From NCBI GenBank assembly GCA_965203805.1, contig OZ241917.1:1856001-1920000 (forward strand): a stretch of 64,000 nt of DNA. The letters are read 5' to 3'. Below the pieces are notes generated by a model. It did no database searches. It was given only the letters and a program-made list of their open reading frames with translations, and was not told the origin of the DNA. How positions within the stretch are numbered: position 1 is the stretch's first letter; each line of letters starts with the position of its first letter. Source of the stretch: Candidatus Latescibacterota bacterium. GTDB taxonomy: Bacteria > Latescibacterota > UBA2968 > GCA-2709665. This document shows, piece after piece, positions 29,855 to 40,340 of the stretch. A program made the position numbers and the translations under genes.

Positions 29855-32800
29855 TTACCAGTTAACGCGCAGCCCGAACTGGGCAAGACGCGGCGAATGC
29901 GCGTAAGACCGATCCCGGCTGTCGCCGTAATTCAGATAGTTCTTGTCGTCCGGGGTCGGCCCGTCCAACCCGATATACGTCCAGAGGTTTCTGTTCGACG
30001 GGCTGGTGCGGTCCTTCTGGTTGAAAACGTTGCGGATGTCGGCGAAGAGCGTGGGTTGAACCCTGCCGGTCACGTTGAACGTCTTTTCAACGGCCAGGTC
30101 GGTCCGGGAATCCAGCGCGAGGTCGCGGTAGTACCGGTTGCCGCCTTCAGGCGGGGCGTAGTTGAAGATACCGCCCGTCTGGATGCGGGAGGTGACGTTC
30201 AGCCGGAGATTCTTGAGAACCGTACCCACAAAGGAATGGCCGAACTCGAAATCATCCGGGAACGACGCCAGGAGCGAGAAACTTCCGAAATTCCGGCGGT
30301 CCCCGCTCTTCGGGCGGAAGAACAGCGTGGTATAGCTGCCCGAGTTGATCTTGACCGAGCAGTTCTGGCCGCAGTTCCCGAGGGCGGGATTGTCGACCGG
30401 CCGGAGGCCGTCCCACACGCCCGTGCCCAATTGGCCGCCCTTCGCCCGCGCATTGTCGTGGAAGTTCTGCCCCTGCTGCGCGTATTTGACGAGGTCGTCG
30501 CCCGTCAGCCGGCGAGGCGCCTCGCTGCCGTCCGGAAGCGCATCCCAGTAAATCCAGAAATTGGGAACCGTAATGCCGCGGTCCGTAAACGCGTTGGTTG
30601 TGGAAAGATGGACCACCGTTGCCGAGTCCATATATACGTTGCGGATCACGTTGCCCAGCTTGCCCGTGGTGACCTGCGACCACTGGTAGTTGTAGGAAAC
30701 GTTGAATGAGAAGTTGTGCGAGAAGGACTTGCGCATGGACAATTCCACGCCGCGGGTGTCACCGTACGCGCCGTTGTCCAGGGTCCGCGAATAGGGAATC
30801 CAGAAGTCCCTGGGACCGACCCACGTTTCGTTGGGATACGACGTGAAGTGGTCCACCTCGCTCTTGTAATACGCCGTTAAGGTGGCCGTGTAGTCGCTCA
30901 CGAAGTTCCAGTCGGCGCCCACCTCGAAGGCCGTGGTCTTGGCGGGTTGCAGCAGGTGCAGCCCGTTCTGGCCCGAATAGGTGGTGCGGAAGTTGTTCAT
31001 CCGCTCGGTGGCGTCGATCCGTCCGTTCTCGTTCACGTCGCGGTCGCCGGCGTCGCCGGAGGTCCAGTAGTCCTCACCGAAGTAATACCAGAGGTCGGCC
31101 CACTGGAGGAACACGCCCGTGGAGAACCGCATCTGCGACCGCTCCGTGATGGGGTGCGAGACGCCGATCCGCGGGCTGAACTTCACGTGCCAGGGCGCGT
31201 CCGTGACCCACAGGGAGCCTTCCTGGTACGCCCAGTCGCGTGCGCGCGTATAATAGCGGAACATAGAGCTTCCGCGGTATGCGCCGAAGGTCAACTGGCG
31301 CGAGTTCGGGTTGAACGTATCCAGGCGGACGCCCAGGTTGACGATCATCCCCTGGAACTCCATCTTGTCCTGGAGGTAGGCGTTCAGGAAGAAGGGCTTG
31401 ACCTTTTCGCCAATCTGGCCTTCGTCCATGATCACCCGCAGGTTCCGCGCGGCCGGGGTTGTGTCGTACCGCAGAATCATCGTGATGGCGCTGGTCTGGT
31501 ACTCGACCCCCGCCTTCATGAAGTTACCCTTGGTGATCTGCGATGACAGGTCGACCTTGGCCCCGATGCGCTGCCGGTCGTACTGGCCGTATCTGGCGGC
31601 CTGCCGGCCGATGCTGAACCATCCCGCCTGGTCCCGGAAAATCTCTCCGGTCACGTCATGCGTGCCGCTGAGGGTATCCATCTTCGAGCGGGAATGCGAA
31701 ACCCGCACTTCGTAGAAGGTCCTCGGGGAAAGCGTATGCGTAAATACCGCGTACTGCAATTCTTCCCGGAGGTCGTGCAGTCCGGCCGCCGACCACTTCT
31801 CGGGCAGGAACAGGTCGCGGCCCGTTCCGCGCCTCATCGCGCCGCCGCCGGTGCCGTGACGCCCGCCGAAGAGGTCAGGATTGCCGTTCGAATACCAGTC
31901 CCAACCCAGATACATCCCGCCGACTTTCAACTTGAGATTGGCGGTGGGTTTGATGGTGATGCTCCCGGAAACGTTGATATTGCCCGGGTCGTCCTGGAAG
32001 CTCCCGCGGTCATTGTAGAAGCCAATGCGCTCGGCCCGAGGCGTGACGGCCGCATAACGTTCGTGCTTGACGGTGCCCACGAACGAGGCTCGCTCTCCGA
32101 TCGGGCCGGACAGGTTGCCTTCGACACCGAAGCCCACCCATTCCGTATAATTCGTCCGCACGTGAATCAGTTCGCCGGCGATTTCCTCGAAAATGGGATG
32201 GTTGATCTTTTCCGAAAGGTCCGGATATTTCTCATTGGCCCAGACGGGATTGTCCCACTGCACCTTGTCCTGGTGCTGCGGCGAATCGTAGACGTTTTCG
32301 CCCCAGTGCTTCTTACCGGCGGGCTCGTAGCGGAACTCGCCCCAGCCGTTCACCTCGCCGCCGCCTTCCTTGGTGATGATCTGGACCACGCCGCCCTGGG
32401 CATTGCCGTATTCAGCGGGGGTTACGCCCGTCAGCACCGACAGTTCCTGGATGGCGCCGCGGTTCACCTGGCGGAAGCGGCCGCCTCGCCCGCGGCCGTC
32501 GTTGTGGTTCATCCGGACACCGTCCACAACATAGGCCACGTCGTTGCCGTACCAGCCCCTGTCCACGTAGGCGCCGCGAATCCGGTTGGACCCGTCTACC
32601 GCCACGCCCGGCTGCAGCTGCAGCAATTCGGACGTCCTGCGCGCGGCCGCCAGGTTCCGCTCGGTCTCTTCGAGCGTAACCGTGTACTTGCTGGTGGTCT
32701 TATCCGGCTCCACCAGAGGACGGCCGGCCGTTACCACGAGCTCGCCCAGTTCGAGGGCGGTCTCTTTGAGGTTGTAATTGATGGTGGTGGTGTGGTCGGA

Positions 32801-33088
32801 ACTGACCTCCACGCCCGTCTGCGACACCGTCTCGTACCCGATCAGGGACGCGGACAGGGTGTAGACGCCCGGCGAGATGTTGATGATGACGTAGTATCCG
32901 TCGGCATCGGCCGTGGAACCCAGATTGAGTTCCTTGATCACAACGTTGGCGCCCGGCATGACTTCCCCTGCCTGGTCGCGCACCACGCCGTTGACCTTGC
33001 CGGTGACGCCCGCCTGCAGGTCGCCCGTGAAGAGACTCACGGCCGCGACCGCAACTGCGACTCCGAAAAACAGAAGCTTACGCTTCAT
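29855..33088 (-). CDS. TonB-dependent receptor with N-terminal carboxypeptidase-regulatory-like domain
   Basis: GKVNGVVRD..GE..PGANV, plug domain LQPGV...IRG, AEYGNAQGGVV, FSPRIGVSHPIT; C-terminal Trp. Confidence 0.92.
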   Translation of the reverse strand: MKRKLLFFGVAVAVAAVSLFTGDLQAGVTGKVNGVVRDQAGEVMPGANVVIKELNLGSTADADGYYVIINISPGVYTLSASLIGYETVSQTGVEVSSDHTTTINYNLKETALELGELVVTAGRPLVEPDKTTSKYTVTLEETERNLAAARRTSELLQLQPGVAVDGSNRIRGAYVDRGWYGNDVAYVVDGVRMNHNDGRGRGGRFRQVNRGAIQELSVLTGVTPAEYGNAQGGVVQIITKEGGGEVNGWGEFRYEPAGKKHWGENVYDSPQHQDKVQWDNPVWANEKYPDLSEKINHPIFEEIAGELIHVRTNYTEWVGFGVEGNLSGPIGERASFVGTVKHERYAAVTPRAERIGFYNDRGSFQDDPGNINVSGSITIKPTANLKLKVGGMYLGWDWYSNGNPDLFGGRHGTGGGAMRRGTGRDLFLPEKWSAAGLHDLREELQYAVFTHTLSPRTFYEVRVSHSRSKMDTLSGTHDVTGEIFRDQAGWFSIGRQAARYGQYDRQRIGAKVDLSSQITKGNFMKAGVEYQTSAITMILRYDTTPAARNLRVIMDEGQIGEKVKPFFLNAYLQDKMEFQGMIVNLGVRLDTFNPNSRQLTFGAYRGSSMFRYYTRARDWAYQEGSLWVTDAPWHVKFSPRIGVSHPITERSQMRFSTGVFLQWADLWYYFGEDYWTSGDAGDRDVNENGRIDATERMNNFRTTYSGQNGLHLLQPAKTTAFEVGADWNFVSDYTATLTAYYKSEVDHFTSYPNETWVGPRDFWIPYSRTLDNGAYGDTRGVELSMRKSFSHNFSFNVSYNYQWSQVTTGKLGNVIRNVYMDSATVVHLSTTNAFTDRGITVPNFWIYWDALPDGSEAPRRLTGDDLVKYAQQGQNFHDNARAKGGQLGTGVWDGLRPVDNPALGNCGQNCSVKINSGSYTTLFFRPKSGDRRNFGSFSLLASFPDDFEFGHSFVGTVLKNLRLNVTSRIQTGGIFNYAPPEGGNRYYRDLALDSRTDLAVEKTFNVTGRVQPTLFADIRNVFNQKDRTSPSNRNLWTYIGLDGPTPDDKNYLNYGDSRDRSYAHSPRLAQFGLRVNW

Positions 33089-33131
33089 TGTGAACCCTCC
33101 TTCAATGAGTTGTTACCCCGGCTGCGGCGGA

Positions 33132-33851
33132 TTACCGCCAGAAGTAAAACTTCATCTGCGCGCCGATATCGACCATGTGTATCGGCCGTACTTTCTCCAG
33201 ACCATAGAAGAGCATATTGCGCAATTCGCCCACCACGAAGTTATAGCGGGCACGAAGGTCTATGGCCAGGTTCTGGGTGACGAAACCCTCGACACCCGCG
33301 CCTGCGTTGGCGCCAATGGTGTATCGCTGATCGACCTGGTCTTCCATGACGAAATCCAGATCAACGGGGTCGTTCGTCTGGCGGGAATAAACCAGGTTGC
33401 TGTTGATGGCGTAATACCTGTAGAGCCCGCCGCCAACCAGGAGATAATACCGATAATCCCTTGCCTTGAACCCGTGCGTGGCGTTCTCTTCACCGACAAA
33501 AAGCAACCCGTTCACGATCAGGTTGTTCCACGTGATTTCGGACCTTCCGTTCGGGTGCGGGTATGCCTGCTCGTCGATCGGGTACACCCAGAGATCGGAT
33601 GCCGGTTTTCCGTTTTCGAACTTCGAGTAATTGTACTCGATTTCAATGACGGTGCGCTGGCTGGCCACGTAGCTTAACGTTGCCCCGTATTTGCCGGTGG
33701 CGTCCCAGCGTTCTCCGAGCCGATGCATCGGGATGTTGTAATCGGCGATCCCGCCAACCGCCCATCTACCTTCCTGGGCCAATGCGCTGTCAGACAGACC
33801 CGCTGCCGTCAGCGCAAAAACAGCCAGAAAAGCGAAACGCACAACTTTCAT
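33132..33851 (-). CDS. Outer-membrane beta-barrel protein
   Basis: Signal peptide ending ALA-Q; amphipathic strands (GANAGAGVE, IDLRARYN). Confidence 0.75.
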   Translation of the reverse strand: MKVVRFAFLAVFALTAAGLSDSALAQEGRWAVGGIADYNIPMHRLGERWDATGKYGATLSYVASQRTVIEIEYNYSKFENGKPASDLWVYPIDEQAYPHPNGRSEITWNNLIVNGLLFVGEENATHGFKARDYRYYLLVGGGLYRYYAINSNLVYSRQTNDPVDLDFVMEDQVDQRYTIGANAGAGVEGFVTQNLAIDLRARYNFVVGELRNMLFYGLEKVRPIHMVDIGAQMKFYFWR

Positions 33852-34688
33852 CTACTCACCTCCCTCATGAGAGTGAATGATGCGAAAACTCCCTTCCTCC
33901 CGTCCCATCGTCCCACGTACGAAATTTGCGAAACTGTCTTCTCTTCATTTCGATAGACGACCTCCTTTCTTTAAGAACGGTCAGCAGTCCGCCCCCGAAC
34001 CGCCCACGACCGGAACGGAAATCCCGCGACACCGGCGAGTTGAGGGTTTCTCGCGTGATGACGCCGGTCTTCGCGTTTTTGCGTCAGGAATCGGGGAACC
34101 ATCCATAATGTTGCGGTGTCTGAAGAATATACGGACAACAAAAAGGGCATAATCCAGACCATGATAGAATCATGCGATTACGCCCCGGCGTTTACCGAAC
34201 ACTGCCCTCGCCAATGAACAAAGCATATGAGTTACCATTAAATGCTGGAGGTTGAACGCTGACACGCTACCCCGTTTCTTGCCGATTCGATAAAATTTAG
34301 TTGGGCCGACTGAATTTGTCAAGTTTTTTTTGTGTGCCCAGTGTCGAAGCACAACCTGGTAAACATCAGAAACTACAAAACACGCGAAAAAAACGAAAAA
34401 TCCTCGGCTGAAATCGATTGCAACAAGAAGCGCACTACTGCAATGAAGCACGTCAGCATGGCAATGCAACGATTTTCATCATGATTGCTGTCCCAAAGGG
34501 GCATGACAACTGTTTCAATGTTCGCGTGGAATCGGACGACGCTACGGAAGTCAGCCGGAAACCTGTGACGGCGCGACCGGTGAAACACCTCGGGACGTGA
34601 TTCACCGGCAACATGCAGAAAGGCGGATCACAATGCAACCGCAATCCGCCCCTCGATGCTTTAACATCCTGCCCTGAAACGTCAGGTC

Positions 34689-37127
34689 TTACTTCTCCAG
34701 GATCTGAAACCGCCCCTCGCGAACCGTCTGCTGACCGCTCACCAGGTCCTTCACCGTCATTTTCACCCGGTAGCGTCCGGGCTTGCCCTTTCGCAGGTCC
34801 AATTCGACGTAATCGGATTCGGCAGGCGAAGTGCCCACCTGCTGATAGCTCACCGTAACCATTTCACCCGACCCCTTACGGGCCAACGTCTTCAGTTTCT
34901 TCCGCCCCCGGCGCACCTCGTACCCCACCTCGTACCGGGTGTTTCCGAAGGAATCCCTCGCCAGGTTGTAAATCTCGAAATACACGTAGACCGGATCGCC
35001 GGACCGGAAAGCCCGGGACGGCGCCGCGGCGATCTGCCATTGCCCGCGGACCGACTTCGGGTTGGAGCCCGGGCCGGCCTCGACGACCCGGTACGCAATC
35101 TGAAGATCGCTGAGGAGCAACTCACCGGTATCGTAGTCGGGAACCTCGACCTCCTGGTGATACGCCTGAAGCCGGTTCGTATTCAGCCTTGACATCTGCA
35201 GCGCCAGCCGATAGGCGCCCGGCGGCGCGGTCAGGTCGACCCGGTCCACGGCCAGCAACCCCGTCCCTCGTGATGACGGCGATATCCGCAGGTCCAGCCG
35301 GTCGCGGGTCTTCCGCACCTCCTCGGTCCGGTTTTCGATCAACGCGATGCGCCTCTCAAGAGTCACGGTTGTGTCGCGGTCGCCGTCCACCAGGACGTTG
35401 TCCAGCGGCAGTCCCAGATTCAGCTGGAGGTCCGCTTCTCCGTTGCGGCCCCGGAACGAAAGCGCTTCATAGTAGAACTCCATGGGATCCAGATGGGACA
35501 GGTCGTACCGCTCCGGCAGATCCTTCGAGATTCTCGCCACCCGGGCGCCGGGCGCCAGGTTGGGCAACCGCATCATCAGGCGGCGCATCGGGCCCATGCG
35601 CTGCATGGAGAGTTCGTCCAGATCGTACCCGTCCGGAGTGGGCTCCGGTGCGAAATCGTAAATGCTGCTGTACAGCTCGTCAGTAAACACGACCTCCAGA
35701 CCGTTCTCGATGTCCGCGTAAACCCAGACCTCCCATCCCACCTTCGAGTAGTCCATGCTCGTGGTGACCGGCTTGTAGAACGTGAGTCCCACGTCGATTT
35801 CCTCAGGGCCGCCCAACGGTTTGCTGTTGGTCCCCCACTCAGACTGGGAGAGCCTCTTTTCAGCGGACCGGTCGGACCGTATGGGATACACCGGGCCGAT
35901 GAACGTCATGTCCATACCGCGCCTTCCGTAGAGCTGAAACGCCAGCTTTTCCTGTACGCGCTGCACCTTGATGGGAACCCGAGCGTTGATTTGCTTCCAA
36001 CTGGATTTCCAGTCGGGCTCTCCGTACCTGACGAACACGCGGCCACGGGCATCGAAGGGCCAGGCGATTTCGCCATAGAGCGTCATTGCCCGCCAGACGC
36101 GGCGGTAATGTTCCACGCGCCGCATGGAGCCGCCGCTCGTCTGGAACGGGTCGCGCTTCAGCCAGAAACGCTTCAGGAACGCTTCCCGTTCTGCAGGCGG
36201 CGTGTTCCTGTAGGCCGCAACATCCTCCGGCCCGCCGACGTTGGAGATATCGTAATACGCCGACCGTTCCTTTACGGTAAGGAGCGAGATATACCTTTCG
36301 AACGCCCCGAAGGCCTCTTCGTGATCCCCCCAGGCGGCCAATACCTGGGCCTCGAGGGGCAGCCCCCGCCGGGGACCCATCAGCGCCGCCAACTGGAGCA
36401 CTTCGTCGTACCGCTCGATCTTCAGAAGATGCATCGCGAAGTCGAACGCCGACTCCTCATCGTCGGGTTCGTGCGAAAGGAACTCCCGGAAATACCGGAT
36501 GGCTTCCGGCGTGTTCCCCCGCGAAAGATAGAAGTCGGCCAGCAGCATATACGAAGGCGCATGGTTGGGATCATGACGGAGCGCCGTCCGCGCCGAGGCA
36601 ACCACTTCCTCTTTTCTGCCCATTTTCAAGTGTGCGCGTCCCATCAGCTGATGGGCGTCCGCGTAGGTGGAGTCAATGCGAATGGCACGTTCAAGGTTCC
36701 TCAACGCCCGCCTGGGGTTATTCATCAGCTCCAGATATACGCGCCCCAGTCCGTACCTCGCCGCAACGAGCGTAGAATCCCGGACCAGGGCGTCTCTGAA
36801 ACGCGCGCGCGCGCGCTGCGTATCCTTCGTCTTCAGATAGAGCATTCCGATCCGTACCTGCAGCAGCGCCGGGTTGGGATATGCTTCCAGAGCGCCTTCC
36901 AGCTTTCCGATCGCCAGCCGGATCGAATCGGGATGGTCCGATTTCATGCTGCGGATGTAGACGCCGTCGATTTCACCGGGCGCCAGCGCGTCGGCCCGGG
37001 CCGATGTCGCCCACCATCCATTAACGGCAAGGACCAAAACAGACAAAAGACCAAGGCACACCAGACTCGCGCGGTCATTTTCAATAAATAACATACTCTT
37101 AAGACTCGTGTAATGAACTCGATTCAT
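34689..37127 (-). CDS. GWxTD-domain TPR protein (second paralog)
   Basis: TPRs; FWLKRDP...EHYRRV and FDARGRVFVRYGEPD; start uncertain. Confidence 0.82.
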   Translation of the reverse strand: MNRVHYTSLKSMLFIENDRASLVCLGLLSVLVLAVNGWWATSARADALAPGEIDGVYIRSMKSDHPDSIRLAIGKLEGALEAYPNPALLQVRIGMLYLKTKDTQRARARFRDALVRDSTLVAARYGLGRVYLELMNNPRRALRNLERAIRIDSTYADAHQLMGRAHLKMGRKEEVVASARTALRHDPNHAPSYMLLADFYLSRGNTPEAIRYFREFLSHEPDDEESAFDFAMHLLKIERYDEVLQLAALMGPRRGLPLEAQVLAAWGDHEEAFGAFERYISLLTVKERSAYYDISNVGGPEDVAAYRNTPPAEREAFLKRFWLKRDPFQTSGGSMRRVEHYRRVWRAMTLYGEIAWPFDARGRVFVRYGEPDWKSSWKQINARVPIKVQRVQEKLAFQLYGRRGMDMTFIGPVYPIRSDRSAEKRLSQSEWGTNSKPLGGPEEIDVGLTFYKPVTTSMDYSKVGWEVWVYADIENGLEVVFTDELYSSIYDFAPEPTPDGYDLDELSMQRMGPMRRLMMRLPNLAPGARVARISKDLPERYDLSHLDPMEFYYEALSFRGRNGEADLQLNLGLPLDNVLVDGDRDTTVTLERRIALIENRTEEVRKTRDRLDLRISPSSRGTGLLAVDRVDLTAPPGAYRLALQMSRLNTNRLQAYHQEVEVPDYDTGELLLSDLQIAYRVVEAGPGSNPKSVRGQWQIAAAPSRAFRSGDPVYVYFEIYNLARDSFGNTRYEVGYEVRRGRKKLKTLARKGSGEMVTVSYQQVGTSPAESDYVELDLRKGKPGRYRVKMTVKDLVSGQQTVREGRFQILEK

Positions 37128-37454
37128 TATACCTGTGAGGCCAAGCTGACGATGGCTCCGCTCGAATGTGTCCTTCGCGGGTTTCTGCCGAAAGAACAAT
37201 CGAGTGGACGGGAGATTCTTAGACTGCGCTTAGAATCTCAAGTCGGCAACCAGCTACGTGAGATCCTCATTTGACGATCGTAGAATGCGGCTGTTACCAC
37301 TTTCTCAAAGGAATTTAACGCCCCTTGCCACGCTGACGGCCCACCGCCTATACAGATCATGTTGAATTTGCAGAAAATATATACAAGTGGAAAAATAAGG
37401 CAATAGTCAGTCTGCCTCCCCAAGCAAATGACCTTGATCCATTTTTTAAAGAAT

Positions 37455-37844
37455 CTGGTTCTGCTACTTGGATCCCCCCGCGGCCTGGATAGCGCCTTGA
37501 GCGTCCCCTCACGACGCGCACGACGCCATTGGGTCAACTGCGAGGAATACAACCCTTCGTGACGCAGCAACGCACCGACTTCAACAGGAGCCCGGAAGGC
37601 GCCCGCATCTTCTCAGGACGAGAAGCTTGTACCGGGCGGTTAAAACGACTCCACTTTGCATGCGCCGTCACCTCCGGATCCGGCCTCGTGGTTGTGGAGG
37701 CCCCGCGCGGGACCTCCACAACCAGAGACCCCTTGCCGCCGTTGTCTCCAACATAGGTTCTTGAATTCACCTCGTGCTCTCATCCCCGCCCAATATACGA
37801 CGACATTGAACTCGGACAGAAAACTGTCTCACTCGATATTGGCA
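37455..37844 (-). pseudogene. IS3-family remnant (frameshifted orfA plus one terminal IR)
   Basis: PDPEV...A and LRHEGLYSSQLTQWRRAR lie in different frames; IR-like TGCCAATATCGAGTGAGACA at 37844-37825. Confidence 0.65.
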
Positions 37845-38434
37845 CGTACGGAAGAAAGCATCCGTCGTAGCGTCAATGCAAAGACGTGCATACCAGGATT
37901 GTCTGGAAGTTCGATGGCAGCGAGTGGCATGCGTGTGTCAATAGGCACTCGTTGTATCCAGATGCCATAGTCAACGCCGAGCCGATCTGTATAAACGTGA
38001 CGAGTGGGACAGTGAACTCCTGAGCACCTTACCGCGACCCTTTCTCCGTATTGAAGGCGGTTGCCCTTATGCCACGAGCTCAGCCCGACAAGAGAGCTTA
38101 CCCTACACCCATCAGCAGTGATAAACGAAACGTTGTCCTCGAAGTCTCGTTCAGCTGCCCCAAGAACGTATAATGTGTCGTACGTGTCTTCAGGAATCGC
38201 GATATGTTGACCTTCCATAGAGACGTTGTTGTTCATGCCGTCTCTCTTATCGGGAAATCGAAACACAATACCATCGCAATCGAACAGCGAATTCGAACTG
38301 GGCAGGTCCTCTTCCGGGTAAGTTTGGCCAATGCCGTTGAAGTCACCGTCCGTACGATCGGAATCTGAAGACACGGCATCACTATTGTAGTAACGGCGGA
38401 GATCTACCATATGATATACGTCAATTTTGCCCAT
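37829..38434 (-). CDS. Hypothetical beta-sandwich protein, probably part of the peptide cluster
   Basis: VDL..YYN...GDF.G.G..YP, NNVSMEGQ.I, LSSW and LPDNPGMHVFALTL; its stop codon lies inside the IS3 end. Confidence 0.65.
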   Translation of the reverse strand: MGKIDVYHMVDLRRYYNSDAVSSDSDRTDGDFNGIGQTYPEEDLPSSNSLFDCDGIVFRFPDKRDGMNNNVSMEGQHIAIPEDTYDTLYVLGAAERDFEDNVSFITADGCRVSSLVGLSSWHKGNRLQYGERVAVRCSGVHCPTRHVYTDRLGVDYGIWIQRVPIDTRMPLAAIELPDNPGMHVFALTLRRMLSSVRANIE

Positions 38435-38731
38435 ATTTGCCTCTGGATAGGTTCTTGTTCATGGATTGTTGGAAGTTACAGGGGTTATTCACTCGGATGG
38501 CGACAGATTCTCGACCCTTTAGTAACTTGATATTTATTGAAACTGTCCAATGTTCTCTCTACGAACTTCTCGCGCCCATCGGAAATGGAGAGAACCACGG
38601 GACGCGGTCGTCCTCGGAAGCCCATTGTGTCGTCTGACCAGGTCCGTGAGGAATTTTTCTCACTATAAAGTTCTCGTACGTTGCCGCATCGTCTCGTGTG
38701 AAGGGCTAGGATTGTCGTGCTGAGCGCCTAA

Positions 38732-40284
38732 CCTTAATTCCGCAAAAATCAGGCGGCGTTGCGTAGGAAGTTGAAGATTTTTCGGTATTGTTTTTCGGTG
38801 TGTTTGTTGGGTTGCAGGCGCAGGGTAAGCCGCCCCTGGAGTCGTAGGAGGAAGCCGGCACGATTGATGAGTTCGAAGCGCAGGGTGCGTATGGATTTGA
38901 GTGGCCATCGGTTAGTGATTTTCCAGGTGCGATTGCGTTTTGTCAACCCGGTTTCGATCTGGAAGTTGGTCAGGAGGTTGTGGGCGAGAATGACGAACTG
39001 TTGCCAGGCACTATTGGCGTTGTAATTGTTTGTGGGAATGGTATCGAAACCGAGTCCGGTCTTGAGTTCACCGAGGGCTTTTTCGTGCATGCCACGGCCT
39101 GCCATAAAGCGCCAGAGCGCGCGCACCTTGAGGGATAGATTGGTGGCCACCGCAGAATATTCGAAGGTACCGTCATCGGGGTCGAACAGGTCCAATTGGT
39201 AGTTCTTGCGGGTGGGATGCATCACGCGTTTTCGAAAAATGACGATGTTGAACGTGCGTTTCCATTTTTTGACCGTCAGCGTCGACGTGAAGCCATCGAC
39301 GCCCTTCTCGACGCGTTGCCATTGGGTGCATTCACGGATTTTCCGCTGCATGTCCAGACCTTTCCAGAAGGGCACCTTGATGGCGTAGAAAGCCTTGTTC
39401 TTGTCGAGCGTTTTAACCACATCCTGTTTGAAAAAGTCACCATCCATACGGAATCGCAGCGTGTAGGCGTTCCCCAGGCGCTGTTTGACCTGGGTAGACA
39501 CGTCCCGTAGAAACGGGAGGGAGGCGCTGCCATCGTTGACGTTGCCGGGCCGGTTGTGTACGCCCAGGAAATGACCACTGTCGGCCAGGTAGGCGGTGAT
39601 GGGATAGTAACTGGGCACTTTGCGATGATGCGGATTATACCCACGGCGGGCACCGCCAACGCGTTTTCCCGTGCACAATACAGTGCCGTCCACGTCGATC
39701 GTCAGCTTTCGGGCGCACAACAGATGGATCTTATGGGCAACAACGTCGGCGTTGAGGGCTTTCAGGGCCTTCAAACCCTTGTCGGTAAACCGTCTCAGAA
39801 ACGTGCTCATGCTGCGGGGGGTCGGTAGATCCGTCAGACCGCAAAACCGCTGCAGCAGGGGATCTCCCTTTAAGAAATCCAGATGTCGCAACCGACACCC
39901 GCCCACCCACAGCAAACCCAACAGAACACGGCACAGGCTCACCACACCGAAGTCGCCGCCAAAGCCCACACTGCCCAGGTGGCGGCGCAATTGCCTGTTC
40001 CAATCCACGTTTCGCAAATATCGCATCAACAGCTCCAAACCCGCATACGAGGTGAGGCCTTCACCCGTGAATTCCATCTTCAAATTGTCGTTGACACGCG
40101 CGTGCAAATCGGCTTTCTTTCGTCTCACTGTACGTGGCCTTTCGTTTTGGGTTAATTGGGGGTTTCGTCGCTACCCAATATACCCAAATGGAAGGCCTTT
40201 TCCTATTGAAAAATATAGACTTACTCGCCTTTTTGCTTAATATTCAATACACGGAAATTCATCAATATTATTTTCGCATTGAGG
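38732..40284 (-). mobile_element. IS1380-family insertion sequence, apparently intact
   Basis: Imperfect IRs CCTTAATTCCGCAAAA and CCTCAATGCGAAAA; CTAA target duplication at 38728-38731 and 40285-40288. Confidence 0.88.
38749..40128 (-). CDS. IS1380-family DDE transposase
   Basis: LTSYAGL, IDVDGT, GYNPH...SYYP, RPGN, FRMDGDF and RG.HE...ELK motifs. Confidence 0.92.
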   Translation of the reverse strand: MRRKKADLHARVNDNLKMEFTGEGLTSYAGLELLMRYLRNVDWNRQLRRHLGSVGFGGDFGVVSLCRVLLGLLWVGGCRLRHLDFLKGDPLLQRFCGLTDLPTPRSMSTFLRRFTDKGLKALKALNADVVAHKIHLLCARKLTIDVDGTVLCTGKRVGGARRGYNPHHRKVPSYYPITAYLADSGHFLGVHNRPGNVNDGSASLPFLRDVSTQVKQRLGNAYTLRFRMDGDFFKQDVVKTLDKNKAFYAIKVPFWKGLDMQRKIRECTQWQRVEKGVDGFTSTLTVKKWKRTFNIVIFRKRVMHPTRKNYQLDLFDPDDGTFEYSAVATNLSLKVRALWRFMAGRGMHEKALGELKTGLGFDTIPTNNYNANSAWQQFVILAHNLLTNFQIETGLTKRNRTWKITNRWPLKSIRTLRFELINRAGFLLRLQGRLTLRLQPNKHTEKQYRKIFNFLRNAA

Positions 40285-40340
40285 CTAATCCTGCCCATCC
40301 TGTCTAACCAGGTAAGTTTGAGTATTGTGATCAAAAGAGG

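Noticed and set aside
33926-34644. Small ORFs in the long intergenic region upstream of the OMP/TonB operon
   Set aside because: No RBS or coding signal; more likely promoter DNA, though no specific promoter could be pinned down
58-37091. Many long plus-strand ORFs (e.g. 28041..29906, 31658..33280, 35493..37091, 7327..8658)
   Set aside because: Antisense shadows of well-supported minus-strand genes in GC-rich DNA, with no recognisable motifs
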